Assembly: GCA_051362555.1 (NCBI GenBank)
Contig: CM120642.1
Location: 11,284,001 to 11,348,000, forward strand
Origin: Lingula anatina
Lineage: Eukaryota > Animalia > Brachiopoda
Direction: 5' to 3'
DNA length: 64,000 bases
Shown here: positions 36,201 through 49,512 of the stretch, piece after piece
Layout of the letters: every line of letters begins with the position of its first letter
Numbering within the stretch: position 1 is the stretch's first letter
Notes under the pieces: model-generated
Seen by the model: the letters and a program-made list of their open reading frames with translations, nothing else
The model's database searches: none
What the model was told of the DNA's origin: nothing
Translations under genes and position numbers: made by a program

Positions 36201-37528
36201 GAGACTGGTCAGCTGTACTTTATCCTGTCCAGAGCTGCCCAGCTGTCCAGTGCCTACAAGCAAGCCAAGATCATTGTGGTAAGGAATTGTGGTCTTGTCC
36301 ATTTTTAAAACTTATACAAAATGATAATTTAGTTTGGATAGCTTTGATATGAAATACTTTCCTGAGTAGGATATGCAGTACCGAAGTGATGTGATAATGA
36401 TAATGTCAATTTTATCCTTTCAAAGACTTCTGTGATTTTCATGTAATATTTCATGTAGATGTGTTACAAGAAAATTGAACTTCTTTATTTATAATGTTTA
36501 TGTATTATGATATTTTACATGATAGAATACAATTTCAGGAAGAATTCCTTAGTGGCCAGACTGAATTCACAGAGGTAGATCTGGAGACAGCGAAGAGTTC
36601 TCTCATATTTAAAATCATTGAGGAAGAGACTTCAGTCTCTGACACTGCCTTCCAGAGTATTCTCAGCTACTACAGAGGAGTGGAAGTTGACTACAACAGG
36701 TATCTTTTTCTCATACCACACCCTGAAGAGTCAGGGAGTAATAACACTGTTACAGAAATATATTATGAGAAGAATAGTCTTCCAGTTTTTCCCCAGCACA
36801 GAGGTCACAGGAAGAGAGTAAAGAAAGGATCTATTTGTTATGAAAAAGTAATAAATAAATAAATTTATTGGTTTTACAGTTCTTTACATCAAAAACAGTT
36901 GAAATAAAACCTATACAGTATTGTTTTTTCCATCTTTGTAAGCTTTTTTATTGAATTATTGTAGGCAGCTCCTCCAGGATATTGCTAAGGTGAGCATCAA
37001 GGATCTTCAGAGAGTGAGTAAGCAGTATTTCAGCCAGCTGTTTGACCAGACCAAGTCCAGGTGTGCCGTCTGCTGTGACTCTGCCAAAGTGGAAGAACTG
37101 CAGAAAGAATTCAAAGAGTAAGAGATTGAAAATCGGTGTAAGATTTTTCAAAAGTGACTGAGTTTTTAGAAACGCATGCATGAGTGCACCACAGGTACAA
37201 AACTTGATGGATGGCAAACATTCTGTTTGGACACATGTAAATTGACAGGTTGTCAACATGCACAAATTCATTTATTCTAGTGAAATGCATCATTTTATGT
37301 GATAAAGAAATACATGTATATAAAGGTGTGAAGCAGAAAATGAATGGGCCAGAAGACCTCAATACCTTATGATTAAGAATTCACCAGTATTGGGATATAA
37401 CATTGTTACTATTAAGTTGCCATTTCAGAATGTCATTCTTTTCTCTTTTTGGTCATCGCAGGTTGGATAGAGACCTGACAGTGCTGCCATCTTTGGAGGA
37501 AGGAATTATGGCTGAACTGAAGATGTAG
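25652..37528 (+). CDS. M16 metallopeptidase C05D11.1-like, copy 2 (mosaic); 23 exons
   Basis: All 23 exons recognisable in order, from ATG 25652 to TAG 37526-37528. HTLEH is intact (~26652), there is a GC donor at 32888, and no frameshift or stop was seen by eye. Confidence 0.88.
32562..32620. repeat. (GT)n microsatellite, intron 15 of copy 2
   Basis: Directly visible. Confidence 0.95.
33232..33276. repeat. (CT)n microsatellite, intron 17 of copy 2 (shorter at ~18933 in copy 1, similar at ~49462-49509 in copy 3)
   Basis: Directly visible; length differs between paralogs. Confidence 0.9.
33811..35615 (+). mobile_element. Non-autonomous Helentron-type (HINE) element in intron 18 of copy 2
   Basis: Empty site GTCAATTTTT^AAAACTG at 19481-19497 in copy 1, with no TSD. 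Same 5' hairpin and 3' end as 12057-15493; (GCCGAT)n tract; three ~160-bp repeats (cores at ~33976, 34135, 34296); a ~340-bp second repeat (~34773, ~35110). Confidence 0.88.
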
Positions 37529-38209
37529 ACAATGCCCTGATGAAGAGATGCTACCTGAGCACTTGATTGCAGGATTCCTGCCAAATAGCCCCAAAATCCT
37601 ACAAGTGAATTATGCCAGTGCGCCTAAACTCTTGCCAAAAGTATCAAGTCCATGCAATATTTTTGTGACATTGTGCAATTAAAATATGAAAATCAAATAT
37701 CTATGTTATCTTTTTTTTTCTAATGATATACATATTCTGTCAAATGATGTGAATAAACTTTTAAAAAATCTCCTGCTCATCATTAATTCATTAATCATTA
37801 ATGTTATCATTAATTCTTTAATTTAATGAGAGAAGTAATAAAAGACAGCATATATTGCAAGCCCTGTTGAAGAGCAATATGAAAATGGATGACAAGATGG
37901 GTGGGGGTCACAGAATCTTTATCTTTTTTTCTTCCTACAGGTAAATCATCAACATTAATCATGTCACAATTATTCTTCCCTTTTTCCCAAGAAATTTAGT
38001 GGATCCAAAAAAATTATTAATGTGAAATACAGAGAAAATGCTGGCTGGTTTATGAGCTAAGACAATGATCTTTTAAACCGAGGCTAAAAGATCCAGTCGA
38101 ACATCTGGTCTTCTCAGTGATCCCCTGCTGGTCTCCTGGGGGCATTTCAGGTGGAAAGATCTTCAAAGTTATAAGCCTTACCTATGTTAAGTAAAATTCA
38201 TTTCAGTAC

Positions 38210-39450
38210 AAAAGGAAATATGTGCATGCTTCATAGACTATACTAAAGCATTTGATCGAGTTCACCACATGCAGATAAGAGTGTCTGGAAAAGATCAGGA
38301 TATGGGAAAGACATCAGAATCATATCAAACCTCTACTGGCACCAAAAAGCAGATGTAAGAATTCAGGGAGAAATATCAAAGAAAGAGGAGTGAGACGGAT
38401 GCATATGTCACCTTACCTATTTAACATATATACAGAGTTTATTTTTCGAAAGAGAGAAAACTGCCTATAGGTATCAATTAACATTGCAGGGTGGAATATC
38501 AACAACCTCAGATATGCTGATGATATACGGTCCTTACTGCAAAAAATGAAGAAAACTTACAAGCCCTTGTAAACAAAGTCAAAACAGTGAACAGGCAGGA
38601 CTAGATATGAATATCAATAAAACCAAGGTCATGTTGATGTAAAAAAATCCAATGGAGACAAACATAACCATCGATGATAAAAGATTAGAACAGGTTGTGA
38701 GTTTCTGATATCTGAACAGAAAAACGCAGGAGATGGCAAAAATATGCAAAAAAAAAAAAAGAAGGTATTGGCATGGCAAAATCAGAGACTATAAAAATGA
38801 AAAAGTATTGACCACCAGCAACATCTGTTTTAACCTAAGACTCAGACTTGTGAAGTGCTACATAATTCCTGTCCTAACATACAGCTGTGAGGCCCAGACA
38901 TTTAACAAGGACATAGAACGAAGAACCACATGGAGAAGGACAGTCAAAGCAGAGTTGAAACAACTGGGAGAAAGCTGAGGAACCATCCAACACCTAGCTT
39001 GAGACAGACAGCAGTGGAAGACCTTTGTTGGTGCACCTAGACACCCGACAGTGTAAAAGGAGATCATAGTAATAGTAGTATAGAAAGAAGAATTCAATCA
39101 TTTGAAATGTGGATATACAGAATGATGAGAAGAATAAGCTGGACACAAAAGCTCACAAATTAAGAAATGTGTAAGCGATTGTCTGTCACACCAACTTTAC
39201 TGGCAGACACACAATGCAGGAAACTGCAATACTTTGGTCACGTACAGGCATGAAACCATCTGCAAGCATGTCCTAGAGGGAAAGGTCGAAGGAACATGTA
39301 GGAGAGGGAGACAACAACTAACGTGGATGGATGACATCAAAAGATGGACAAGTAAATCAATGGAAGAATGCATGAATGAAGCAAAGAACAGGGCAAGATG
39401 GAAGGTCATTTCACGTCAACCTCAGAGGAGATGACATGCAAGGATGGATG
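38210..39450 (+). mobile_element. Duplicate of the decayed RTE element, including the nested RTE 3' end (~38927-39080)
   Basis: Near-identical to 22090-23337. ORF 39234-39434 shows the RTE C-terminal motif EGKVEG..RRGRQQLTWMDDIKRWT. Confidence 0.85.
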
Positions 39451-39602
39451 GTGTTAAGTAAACAGTTACTTCTATATATAGATGTCAATATGATGTTTGC
39501 TTGGAAAATAAAGCCTCAGTGCCTCTCCACAGTATCATCTTTACAACAAGAGCATCCTTAATTTCACATACGATGGAGAATATTATCTTTTTTAATCATC
39601 CC

Positions 39603-39678
39603 TGTGCACCATGAAAATCCTACTCCTGCAAAATGTGACTCCCCAGTCAAACTTTCATAATGAAAATGTGACTCCCCC

Positions 39679-39709
<31 letters not shown>

Positions 39710-40461
39710 ACACACACAAATCATTATAAATCTTATTTTGACTATATGACTTTTATATTGTAGTATGCATAATGGAGGATACATTGGAACTTTTTTTTAA
39801 TTTGCAGGTAAAAATTTTAACGAGAAATTAAGAAAATTAAAAATGTGTATTTAACCACCCAATGACTCGCTTATAAAATAGCTATTTATATGACATTTGG
39901 TGATCATTTCAACATCTTTCCCTTAAGTATACTTTATGAAGAATATATTGGAAATATTTGAAAGTTTGGTGGTAAAATATTGGGTGCAAAAAATGAAAAA
40001 AAAAAATCAGGAAAAATCTTCATATTCATACCCATTGGGATTTGGAATCCCATGAAGAAAAGGCCGTATTTTATGTTTAGTCACCATACCATTTTTTCCA
40101 CATGGTTTGCATTGTGACATATATTTTGTTAGTATTTGAAAGTTTGATGGTGAAAATTTTGATGAAAATTGATAATTTCTGAAACAAGTATTCATGTTAC
40201 TACCTGTAGGATTTGGACTCCCATAGCCTTTTCATAGGAGTCATGTGTGGAAAAATACACATTTTTAATTTTCTTATTTTCTCATGAAAATTTTCAAAAA
40301 GTGCCAATGTATCTTCCATTATGCATACTACAAGATAAAAGTTATGTACTCAAATAAAACAAGATTTATTAAGTTTTGTGAGGGGGAGTCAAAATTTCAT
40401 GGGGGGAGTCAGATTTTCATCATGAAATTTTGACTGGGGAGTCAGATTTTCATGTTACACC
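39603..40461. mobile_element. Duplicate of the foldback-type MITE
   Basis: Near-identical to 23487-24313, but keeps one extra left-arm subterminal repeat unit (~39640-39672). Confidence 0.75.
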
Positions 40462-41352
40462 AGCATGCTTTGCGTGGTTACATCCCTATACGTCCCTGCA
40501 CTGATACTCCCCTGCACCATTACTTCCCCGCACCGATACACATGGATACTGCACCAATACTACCCCCACACAGAAGAATATATTATTTTTATTTGCACTG
40601 TTGAAAAAAAATTGCCAACACAGACTGCATAAAACGTGAAAACTTGCTTGTGCATTCATTAATTACTGCTTATGTGTAAAATTATGCATTTGGTTATGCT
40701 CTTCTATAATAATGGAATGTTTCGTGTTTTTTTTTTTTTTTTTTTTTTTTTTTTGTTTTTTTTTTTTTCATAATCCTCTCAGAATACTTGAGTACAGAAT
40801 TGACTTCAAAAACATTTTAAGGCTATATAATAAATAATACTTTGAAATTCTATATCTGCACTTTATTTCATGTCTCTAACTTCAGGATTTTATTGTTATC
40901 ATTGCTATTTTATATATTTTTTATTGTTTCACTTTTAAGAGCTCTGTTAATATTAAAATTTCTGAGACATTTTGTAAATAAATTTATTTATTCATTGATA
41001 GATAGATGGACAGATAGATCAGATGAATAAAATTATTAAATGTTTATTACTTTGTGTGTATGTACTTGATCACAGAAAAATAGGAACAGTGCTAACAGTA
41101 GTACAGTATGTGCCAAAATTATCCTGAAAAAAGGGAAAATTTTCAAGATAAATTAAGACATTTAAAACGAGAATTCACAAAACTGTTACACGCCATGGCA
41201 CTGCCACAAACTATGTTTAGAACTTTATTTTAATGCATTATAATATTAAAGTCATACTGAAAGAAAAATATGTTTTTAAGATTAAGAAATTTAAAACCAA
41301 ATTCCAAAGCTGCGGTAGTGTTTATGGGTCCATGCATTTACGTAAAATATTA

Positions 41353-41514
41353 CTAACAGTTACTGACTGTCCAAATGTACATCTCGACATACTTGCAAAC
41401 GGGTGGAAAATGTGTATTTGTTGTTGATGAAATCCGAGGAAATATAGTGTAACAGTAAAACAGTGACTTAGCACAATTTCTTGAGATCCAGGCTTTCCCC
41501 ACGAGAGTCGCCAT
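41353..41514 (-). pseudogene. Orphan duplicate of NUBPL exon 1 upstream of copy 3
   Basis: Almost identical to 25221-25382, with the same deletion and GC donor. Confidence 0.85.
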
Positions 41515-41783
41515 TTTTGCTCGCGGAATTCCCTACCTCGCTTCCATACGAGAAACACAGGCATAAGGTAAATGCCCAAGATAAAACCCATTAGCTTGGA
41601 CTGACATAAATAAAATATTTATTTCGCAAAACCAGGTAAAAATCTAAAATTAATCAAAATGCAATTTTAGGCGCTATGAGGGACATCTGACGAGACAATT
41701 TAGAAAAGAGTGTGTTGATTTTTGGCCGCGTGCCTGTGGCATAAGTAACCTGGCACGCCATAACTATGTACGCAGCGTACAAA
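41515..41783. promoter_or_regulatory. Duplicated bidirectional promoter of copy 3
   Basis: Almost identical to 25383-25651. Confidence 0.7.
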
Positions 41784-44700
41784 ATGCAGCAGGATTTTGA
41801 GTTAGTTTGCTCTGCCACAGCCAATAGTGGTAAAATACCTGTGTACAAGTATAAGTCAAAGTCGACAGGATTAACCGTGTCCATAGCTCAGGTAGATGGG
41901 CCAACCGTAAGCGGGTATTTTTGCTTGGGTAAGTTGTTCTGGTGAAGCCAGCTGTTGATCGTTTGCTCCATCTTAGGAGTACTGTACGGTCGATCGAAAA
42001 TGCCTGGAATTAGATACCTGGATGTAGTTCGATCGTAACTGCAATGCTTGGCAACTTGCACAGTCATTGTTTATTTATATTATGTGCGTATTTGCCTGAC
42101 TGGTGAAAATGCTTCGTTTTTCGCTTAGTGTGCCCTTTCTAGTTGTCGCTTGTGTAAACAGACGCCAGTTTCATACATGTACAAATACCATTCTGTGGTT
42201 TTACCATGATCTTATTTCGTAGGGTATGGTCACACCTAAAGACAACGAAGTTTTGGGCATGTGTTTATTTGTAGCAGTATATATATGTGTGTGTGTGGAG
42301 TCCTTTTAATCATGTAGATGCATATACAGTTTTATAGAGAGTGAGACTAATCACTTGGTTATATTAAATTTTAGAGTTGTTACATAATATGTATTTAAAT
42401 AGTCATTTGTGCAAATACCAACCTCTTGAGCTCAGCTAATAAAGCAAAGAATGTGACCCATTTCAGCTAGTCTGAACAATTTATCTTTAGTTAAATTGAT
42501 TTATTTTAATCAATATTACATGTATTTTAATGCATTGCTTTAGTCCCTTAAATGTTGGTCAAGTTGGGATGAAAACTATCTTTAATTTGTGTCTACATAA
42601 CATTCAACTTGTTTGCTTATCTCCCACCCTCGCATGCCAGATTTTTCTAAGTACATTGTGCAGGTTATATTTATTTATTGCTGATTGAGGTAAGTTTTGG
42701 GTTGCTTATACCATAATGAAAAAATATCTGTTTTTATTTTCCCAGCTACTGAGGCCCATGATGATGATGGATTACCCCACACTTTGGAACATTTGGTATT
42801 TATGGGGAGTGAAAAGTACCCATACAAGGTAGGATTTTGTCAATACTGGATATATGTCATCATGTAAGTTTTGACTGTTCACCAATTTTGAAGCAAAATT
42901 GATAGATATGATGATGTCATGGGACATCACACAATGACAAAGCATGCTTCCTATTTATGAATAAGTCAGAAAGAAAAAGGTTCCAAGGTAACATTACAAG
43001 TATTTTTCTCGCCAAACAGAAGAGCTTATGTGTCATTTTAATGATTTATAGTCATGTTTCTTCTGACATGCTTTCAGGGTGTATTGGACCTGTTGGCAAA
43101 CCGCTGCCTGGCCTCTGGCACCAATGCCTGGACTGATACAGACCATACATGTTACACCATGCAGACAGCGGGAGATGAAGGCTTCCTCACACTCATGCCC
43201 ATATATGTAGAACATGTGCTTTTTGCTACTCTTACCGTAAGTATATTTGATGATTTGCATTCTGGGAAATTTTGCTATTCTAAATAAGTTGTGGAATATT
43301 AATACTTCTTCAGTGTGTTCATGAATACAAGTGAAGATGAAGTAGTTCTTTACATTCAGCAGTTTATATTCTAACCTGTCATTAGTCATACGACTTCCTG
43401 ACAGTATCCCTTCTTCCCACCACTGCATTCCAATGAAAATTATGTGCATCTAATCAAAGGTAACATGTATGTCTGAGTTGTATTTTTGTATATATATAAT
43501 GATGAAAAACATGTTACTAATGGATTGGATGCCAAGTTGTTCAAGTTAGCAAGACAGTGTTTTTCAAAATATGTCATATACAATCAGTTTTGGAATAAGC
43601 TAAGAAAATGCTGCAGTCTTAAACTATTTGATCAATAGTTTATTTATAAAATTATTTGTCTATTTAACTAAAATAGAAAGTGCTAGTATTGACCCTTGAG
43701 TACTACGTATATACTTCATCCTCCAGGACTCTGCTTACCTCACAGAAGTTCACCATGTCACAGAGCAAGGGGAAGATGCTGGAGTGGTCTACTGTGAAAT
43801 GCAGGCCTGTGAAAACACAGGGGAGGGGAGAACCAGACTCGCCCTTCTCAGAGCCATGTACCCAGGGCATTGTGGGTATAAGTCAGAGACTGGGGGGATG
43901 TTGGAAAATCTACGCATAAGTACCTCAAATAAAAAGGTAAAATGGATTGTTTTTCTCCAAATTGATGGTATTATATAATTATAGACTTTGGCTGAGGTTG
44001 TTTTGCAGAAAAGTGATCAAGGAAAGATAAAAACCATAGAAAAATATAATTTCATTGCAAACAATACTTCGCAACAAAAGGAAGTCATTTAAGCAATATT
44101 TCAGTGATGCCAGTAATAAACTGAGATTTACATAAATTTTTCAGGTTGTGAGCTATCATCAGGAGTTTTACCGCCCAGAGAATCTTAACCTCATTATCAC
44201 AGGTCAGGTCAATCCCCAAGATGTGTTCAAGGCACTAGAACCAATACAGCAGAAAATACTAGCAAAGGTAAGTGGTATAACAAGTTCAGTCCAGTTACTA
44301 TTTATTACTAAATTTATTCCAACATCGTCTTTACTTTTGGATTCATAATGCTTTCTTTGTCATGTTTCATATATTGTTCTTTTTAGGGTAAACAAGCTCA
44401 ATTTGTCCGTCCCTGGCAGAGTGAGGTGCCTCCCCTGGAGAATTCAGTTGAACAGATTGTCTGCTACCCCTCTGATGATGAAACTCGGGGCCTGGTCAGG
44501 ATGGCCTGGAGGGGACCTAATGTCAAGGTCAGTAACTTGTAACAGCAATCACATCAAACACAAGTGCAGCCTAACATAGCATAATCAGGGTCATGTCCAA
44601 CAAAATTACTATCAGAACTCCTGGAATTACTGCTGGATATAATAACTGAAAGTGACTCCCAGACAGAGTAGCACCTTTTACTATTTATAAGAAGTGGTGC

Positions 44701-47700
44701 AATGTCAATTTCCATCAATACAAACACATTCAGTTTTGTCACAGCTAACACAGGGCAGCATCACACGTTTTCCTAACCTATAGCTTGCAAAGATCCTCTG
44801 GCTCTTGTAGGTGAAAAGTTGTCATGAAAAGCCAATTTTTGGTATAAATGTTGAATAATTATATTGAAATTGTAAAATTTAAATAAAAGATAGATGTAGA
44901 TTGCAGCAATGTGAGTGTTATTCATTAGTCCCTCAACCAAAGACTTTTATGATTTAAGGATCTGTACACACATGTTGCACTGACTGTGATTTTGGACTAC
45001 CTCCGAGATTCTGCCATATCTCCCCTACAGAGAGACTTTGTGGAGCTGGAGGAGCCATACTGTTCAAACGTGAGTAACAGTTTTTGCTTATATTTTAATT
45101 ATCAGTTTTAAAATAAAAATACACCACATATTTATATACCATATTTGTGCATCATTTTAAAGCTGGTTTAGAAGCTGTGCCCAGTCTGTACTGACTCTTA
45201 GGAAGTAGTGAACTCCATATAATTCTTTGGCTAAATTAAAGACAACAAATAAAAAAAACTGCATTCATCTTTAAGGGGACTTGTGTTTATATTTTTCTTG
45301 TGTTAATTTTTCTGTGGTCAGTTAAAAGGGTGGCTTTGAGGATTGATTTGAGAGATTTATTTGATTAATTTCAGGTGTCATATTCTATGATAGAAAACAG
45401 AGAAATGTGTCATATGCTGACATTCCAAAATGTCCCAAAAGAGAAGCTGAAGGAAATAAAACCCAGGTATGCTCTTCCACAGACTAAAAGTTTTGCTGAC
45501 TTCAGTTACTTCATTAATCATGTGGCACTGCATATATGCAACTATATACATTGTTTCATTATAATTTGTTTACCTGTGTGATTTTAATTGGTGTCTGTTC
45601 CACCAATCTGTGACTTATATGATAAATCTGCACGAACATTTGTTCAGCAAATTATGAACTGGCTAACCTAAACAGGCTAAACTGCCCGGTAAATTGTCCC
45701 TATATAAAAGAAAACTCAGTATGGTCATCATATTACTGCTTTTTGTAATAAGTCTTTTGTCATGAGCGTCACTTGTTTGTGATTGATCAGGTTGTTGGCC
45801 ACCATTGGTAAGATAGTGAAGAGAGAGGAAGAGATTGATAGTAAGAGAATGGAGACTGTGATTCACAAAAATGTTCTGGACAGTATGGAGAGGGTAAGTC
45901 TCAGAATTTACCTAAGAAAACAAATTACATCTGTACATCTGTTGGTTTAGTTGACAGTGTGTTAGGTTTTTACATTGCAGTAGATATAACAGTGTGTTAT
46001 GTGTGACATTGAGTTCTTTGCATCAGAAAGTTAGTTGAAGCAATGTATCAGATGTGGTAGTATGTTTTGTATTGGAGGATAGTGGATTTGACTGATGATA
46101 GATATGAATTTCTTATTTTTACTAATATCATGCTCTGTAAGATGTATGAATGACCCTATTGTGATGTTATGTTCAATGGAAGCCTGGTCTGTTGAAGTGC
46201 CTGCAGGTAATCATATATTTATTATGTCTAAAAATGTTTTTTCTGCTGTTGTGTTTTGTATGCAATGCATTTGTGGCTTGTCTGGGACATCAGAAGCACA
46301 GTTGAACAGTAATATTTTGTGTCATATTTTAGTTGGAGTCAAGACCCCATGATCAGATCGCTGGGGATTTGATAGGAGATTTCCTGTTTAGTGACACAGG
46401 AGAGGAAGTAAGAAAGCATTTTTCTTGCTTTTATCCAATATTTCTTTCATCTGCTAGTATTTAAGATTTACAACTTTTTAGTGTTTTTATAACGCTGACA
46501 GTATTTCTTGATCTCTGCACCATCACTGAAGATAGTAAACAAATTTCACTTTTTGTTTTTCAATATAATGCCTATAGCTTATATTTATTTTTTGAAATTT
46601 ATAGAGCAGCAATGGGAAATTAATTGGATTGATTTATCTTCCAGCTGGTTGAGAGAGTGAACCAGATTGAAATTTTTAGAAAACTGAGTAAAGAAAACAA
46701 GGACTACTGGTACAATTTACTGAACCAATATTTTATGACCCGTCCTTCTGTCACTGTAAGTATGGTGATCTTCATATACAGACATTGTTAGTTTAAGTAA
46801 TCTTATAACCTGTGTCTGCCCTTTCCCTAATTGCCTGCCTTTTAACTGCTTCAATATGTCTGTCTGTGTATGTGCAAGCTTTAATGCCTAATTTTACTTG
46901 TAATTCTAAGATATGGCACCCAAGGCAGTTTCCATTAATACATACAAGAAAGGAGATTGTTTGAGACATCAGACTATATTCATAATTTAGTAACATGCAT
47001 CACCATATTTATTTTAAGTCGTTCCACCAAGGTGAAGCTTACTGCAGTGGCTGTTTCGCTTTCTTATATGCAGCAGATAGTATCCATATTTATCCTTTCT
47101 TCCAGATAATTGGAGAGCCCAGTAAGGAGCTCCATGAGAAGATGGCTGCCACAGAGAAGGAACGTATAGAAGAACAGAAGAAGAAATTAGGAGAGACAGG
47201 GTTAGCACAGAAGGGAGAGAATCTCAAAAAGGCTTGTGAGGAAAATGAGGTAAGATTTATAATGTTTTGGGAAAATGTGTTTTGAATGAGTGTGATAAAG
47301 TGTGAATCCTGCAGTAGGCTTTCTTGTGTATTACTATTAGCTACATATCTGTATTACTACATATTTATTTTGTCATAAAAATAGAGATTATGTGTTCCCA
47401 TGTGGTTATGTAGGTGAGAAAAAGACTTTAGATGCTGCCTGGGGAATATTGATACATGTAATATGTAGTACTTTCAGATATGCTTCCTTCTGCACATCTT
47501 GTACAATGTAGTAACATCATTTTTATCATAGAATATTTCTGTTTTGAATTCAGATTGAGGCACCAGGAGAAGTCATCACCAGTGTCGACATTCCAAATGT
47601 CAGCAGCATTAAATTCCATCCAATTACAACGTGCCACTCTGGCCACGCTGAGGCTGACACCAAATTCTCAGGTTTTCCTCTCAGTGATCTTCCTGTGGCA

Positions 47701-48608
47701 TTCCAGCTGAATAGCATTAACAGTAACTTTGTGTCTGTAAGTTTGAGTTGTTTCCAGAGGGGTATCTTCCTAGGTAAATCATCTGTGAAATAATTGATGT
47801 TGATGAAAATGATTATTATTTTGGTCTTTAAGATGAATACATAAATGTGTTTAATGAGGATTAAGTTTATTACATATGGTGCAAAATTTCTTTTAAACTC
47901 AAGAACTCTGAACTGATTGGTTTAAAATTCTTGGTATGAATTGATATATGTTGATGTGTTGGTTGTTTTATCATCAGTTGCGCTGCTGTATCAATACGGA
48001 TGCTGTACCTCAGGACCTGAAATATTACCTTCCTCTTTATGCTGCTGTGATGTGTGAATCACCTCTGATGAGAAACAATGGTAAGATGATTATAGTTTCC
48101 TTTTAACAAAGCACTCCATGTGATTTTAATATGTTTCTGTCTTTTTAGGCAACTCGTCTTATGATTCTAACAAGAATCAAGAAATATCAGTGAAATGTAG
48201 CACCTTATCTAATTGTTTTTCTGTGATCTAATGCAAAATGATATTATTGTCAGTTCTTTAAGGAATTCTGATAAGTCCATCTTCATTTCTGAAAATGTTT
48301 GAAACTGATAGATTGTTGGTAGTATTTTATGTCATCTGATTTTCGTACAGTTTTGTGGTCATTATGTCGGTCCAAATCTTGATGTGAATATTATTAATGT
48401 AATTAACTCACTATTGGTACACTGTGATGCCAATATGAGTGAATAGCTTTATGATTATTTGAATTATGTATTGCAGAGCTGGTGTCTCATGAGATTGTCA
48501 TCCAAGAGTTGGAAGCTGACACGCTGAGTGTGGACACCTCTCTTGGTCTTTCAGGGGGAATGTTCACACATGGAGATTTTCCACAACTGCTTACACTCCG
48601 CCTCAAGG

Positions 48609-48670
<62 letters not shown>

Positions 48671-48728
48671 TTTGTATGTGTGCCTGTGTGTGTGTGTGTG
48701 TGTGTGCGTGCGTGCGTTTGTATGTGTG

Positions 48729-48800
<72 letters not shown>

Positions 48801-49459
48801 TTTTTACTTCTTCATTCTTTGTCACTGAACCACAGCACAATCAGAATCAATATGAAATATTCAAGTGTTTTTAGAACATTCCCATTTGCTTTTAAAGTTT
48901 ACTACCCTAAATCAAGGAAGATACATATTGCCACTTCAGGTAGAGTGTGAGAAGTACAAGAAATCCATCACATGGATTCATGAACTGCTGTACAAGATCC
49001 AGTTTAAGGAAGAGAGACTGAAAATTGTAGCACAGAAAATGGTGAATGAAGTGTCTCGTCTGAAGAGAAGAGGCTTGCTGATAGCACAAAACATGATGAA
49101 GGATATGTCTTTTGATAAAGGTAAGCACTCTAGCAGATATAGAAATACTGAGTTTATGTATATATATGTGCACATGTGTTCCTGTATGTTGTGTTGTGTT
49201 TTGCATGCAGTTTTTGACCTGTGATTTTGTAGGTTGTTTTGTGGTCAGAAATGTTGACCTGTCACCCCTAAGAAAAGAAATTGAATTGTTAAAGGAATTG
49301 AAGAGTTACTCACCATTATTTTAGATTATTGATCATATTGATAAAGTAAAGGTTTTCTGTCTTGCAGCAAGTAACATGGTTGTGATGGGGTTCATGAGAC
49401 AGCATACATTCTTGACTGAAATGTTGGAGAAATTGGAAAAATCACCAACTGAAGTAAGT

Positions 49460-49512
<53 letters not shown>

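Larger units (their letters stand above)
32707..45150 (+). repeat. Near-identical segmental duplicate, unit B (3' part of copy 2, spacer, 5' part of copy 3)
   Basis: Counterpart of 18409-~29000. Offset is ~14.3 kb before and ~16.1 kb after the HINE at 33811. Confidence 0.9.

Noticed and set aside
48482-48950. Long ORFs rich in CV, HT or ER dipeptides (also 17993-18324 and 32429-32663)
   Set aside because: Translations of dinucleotide microsatellites.
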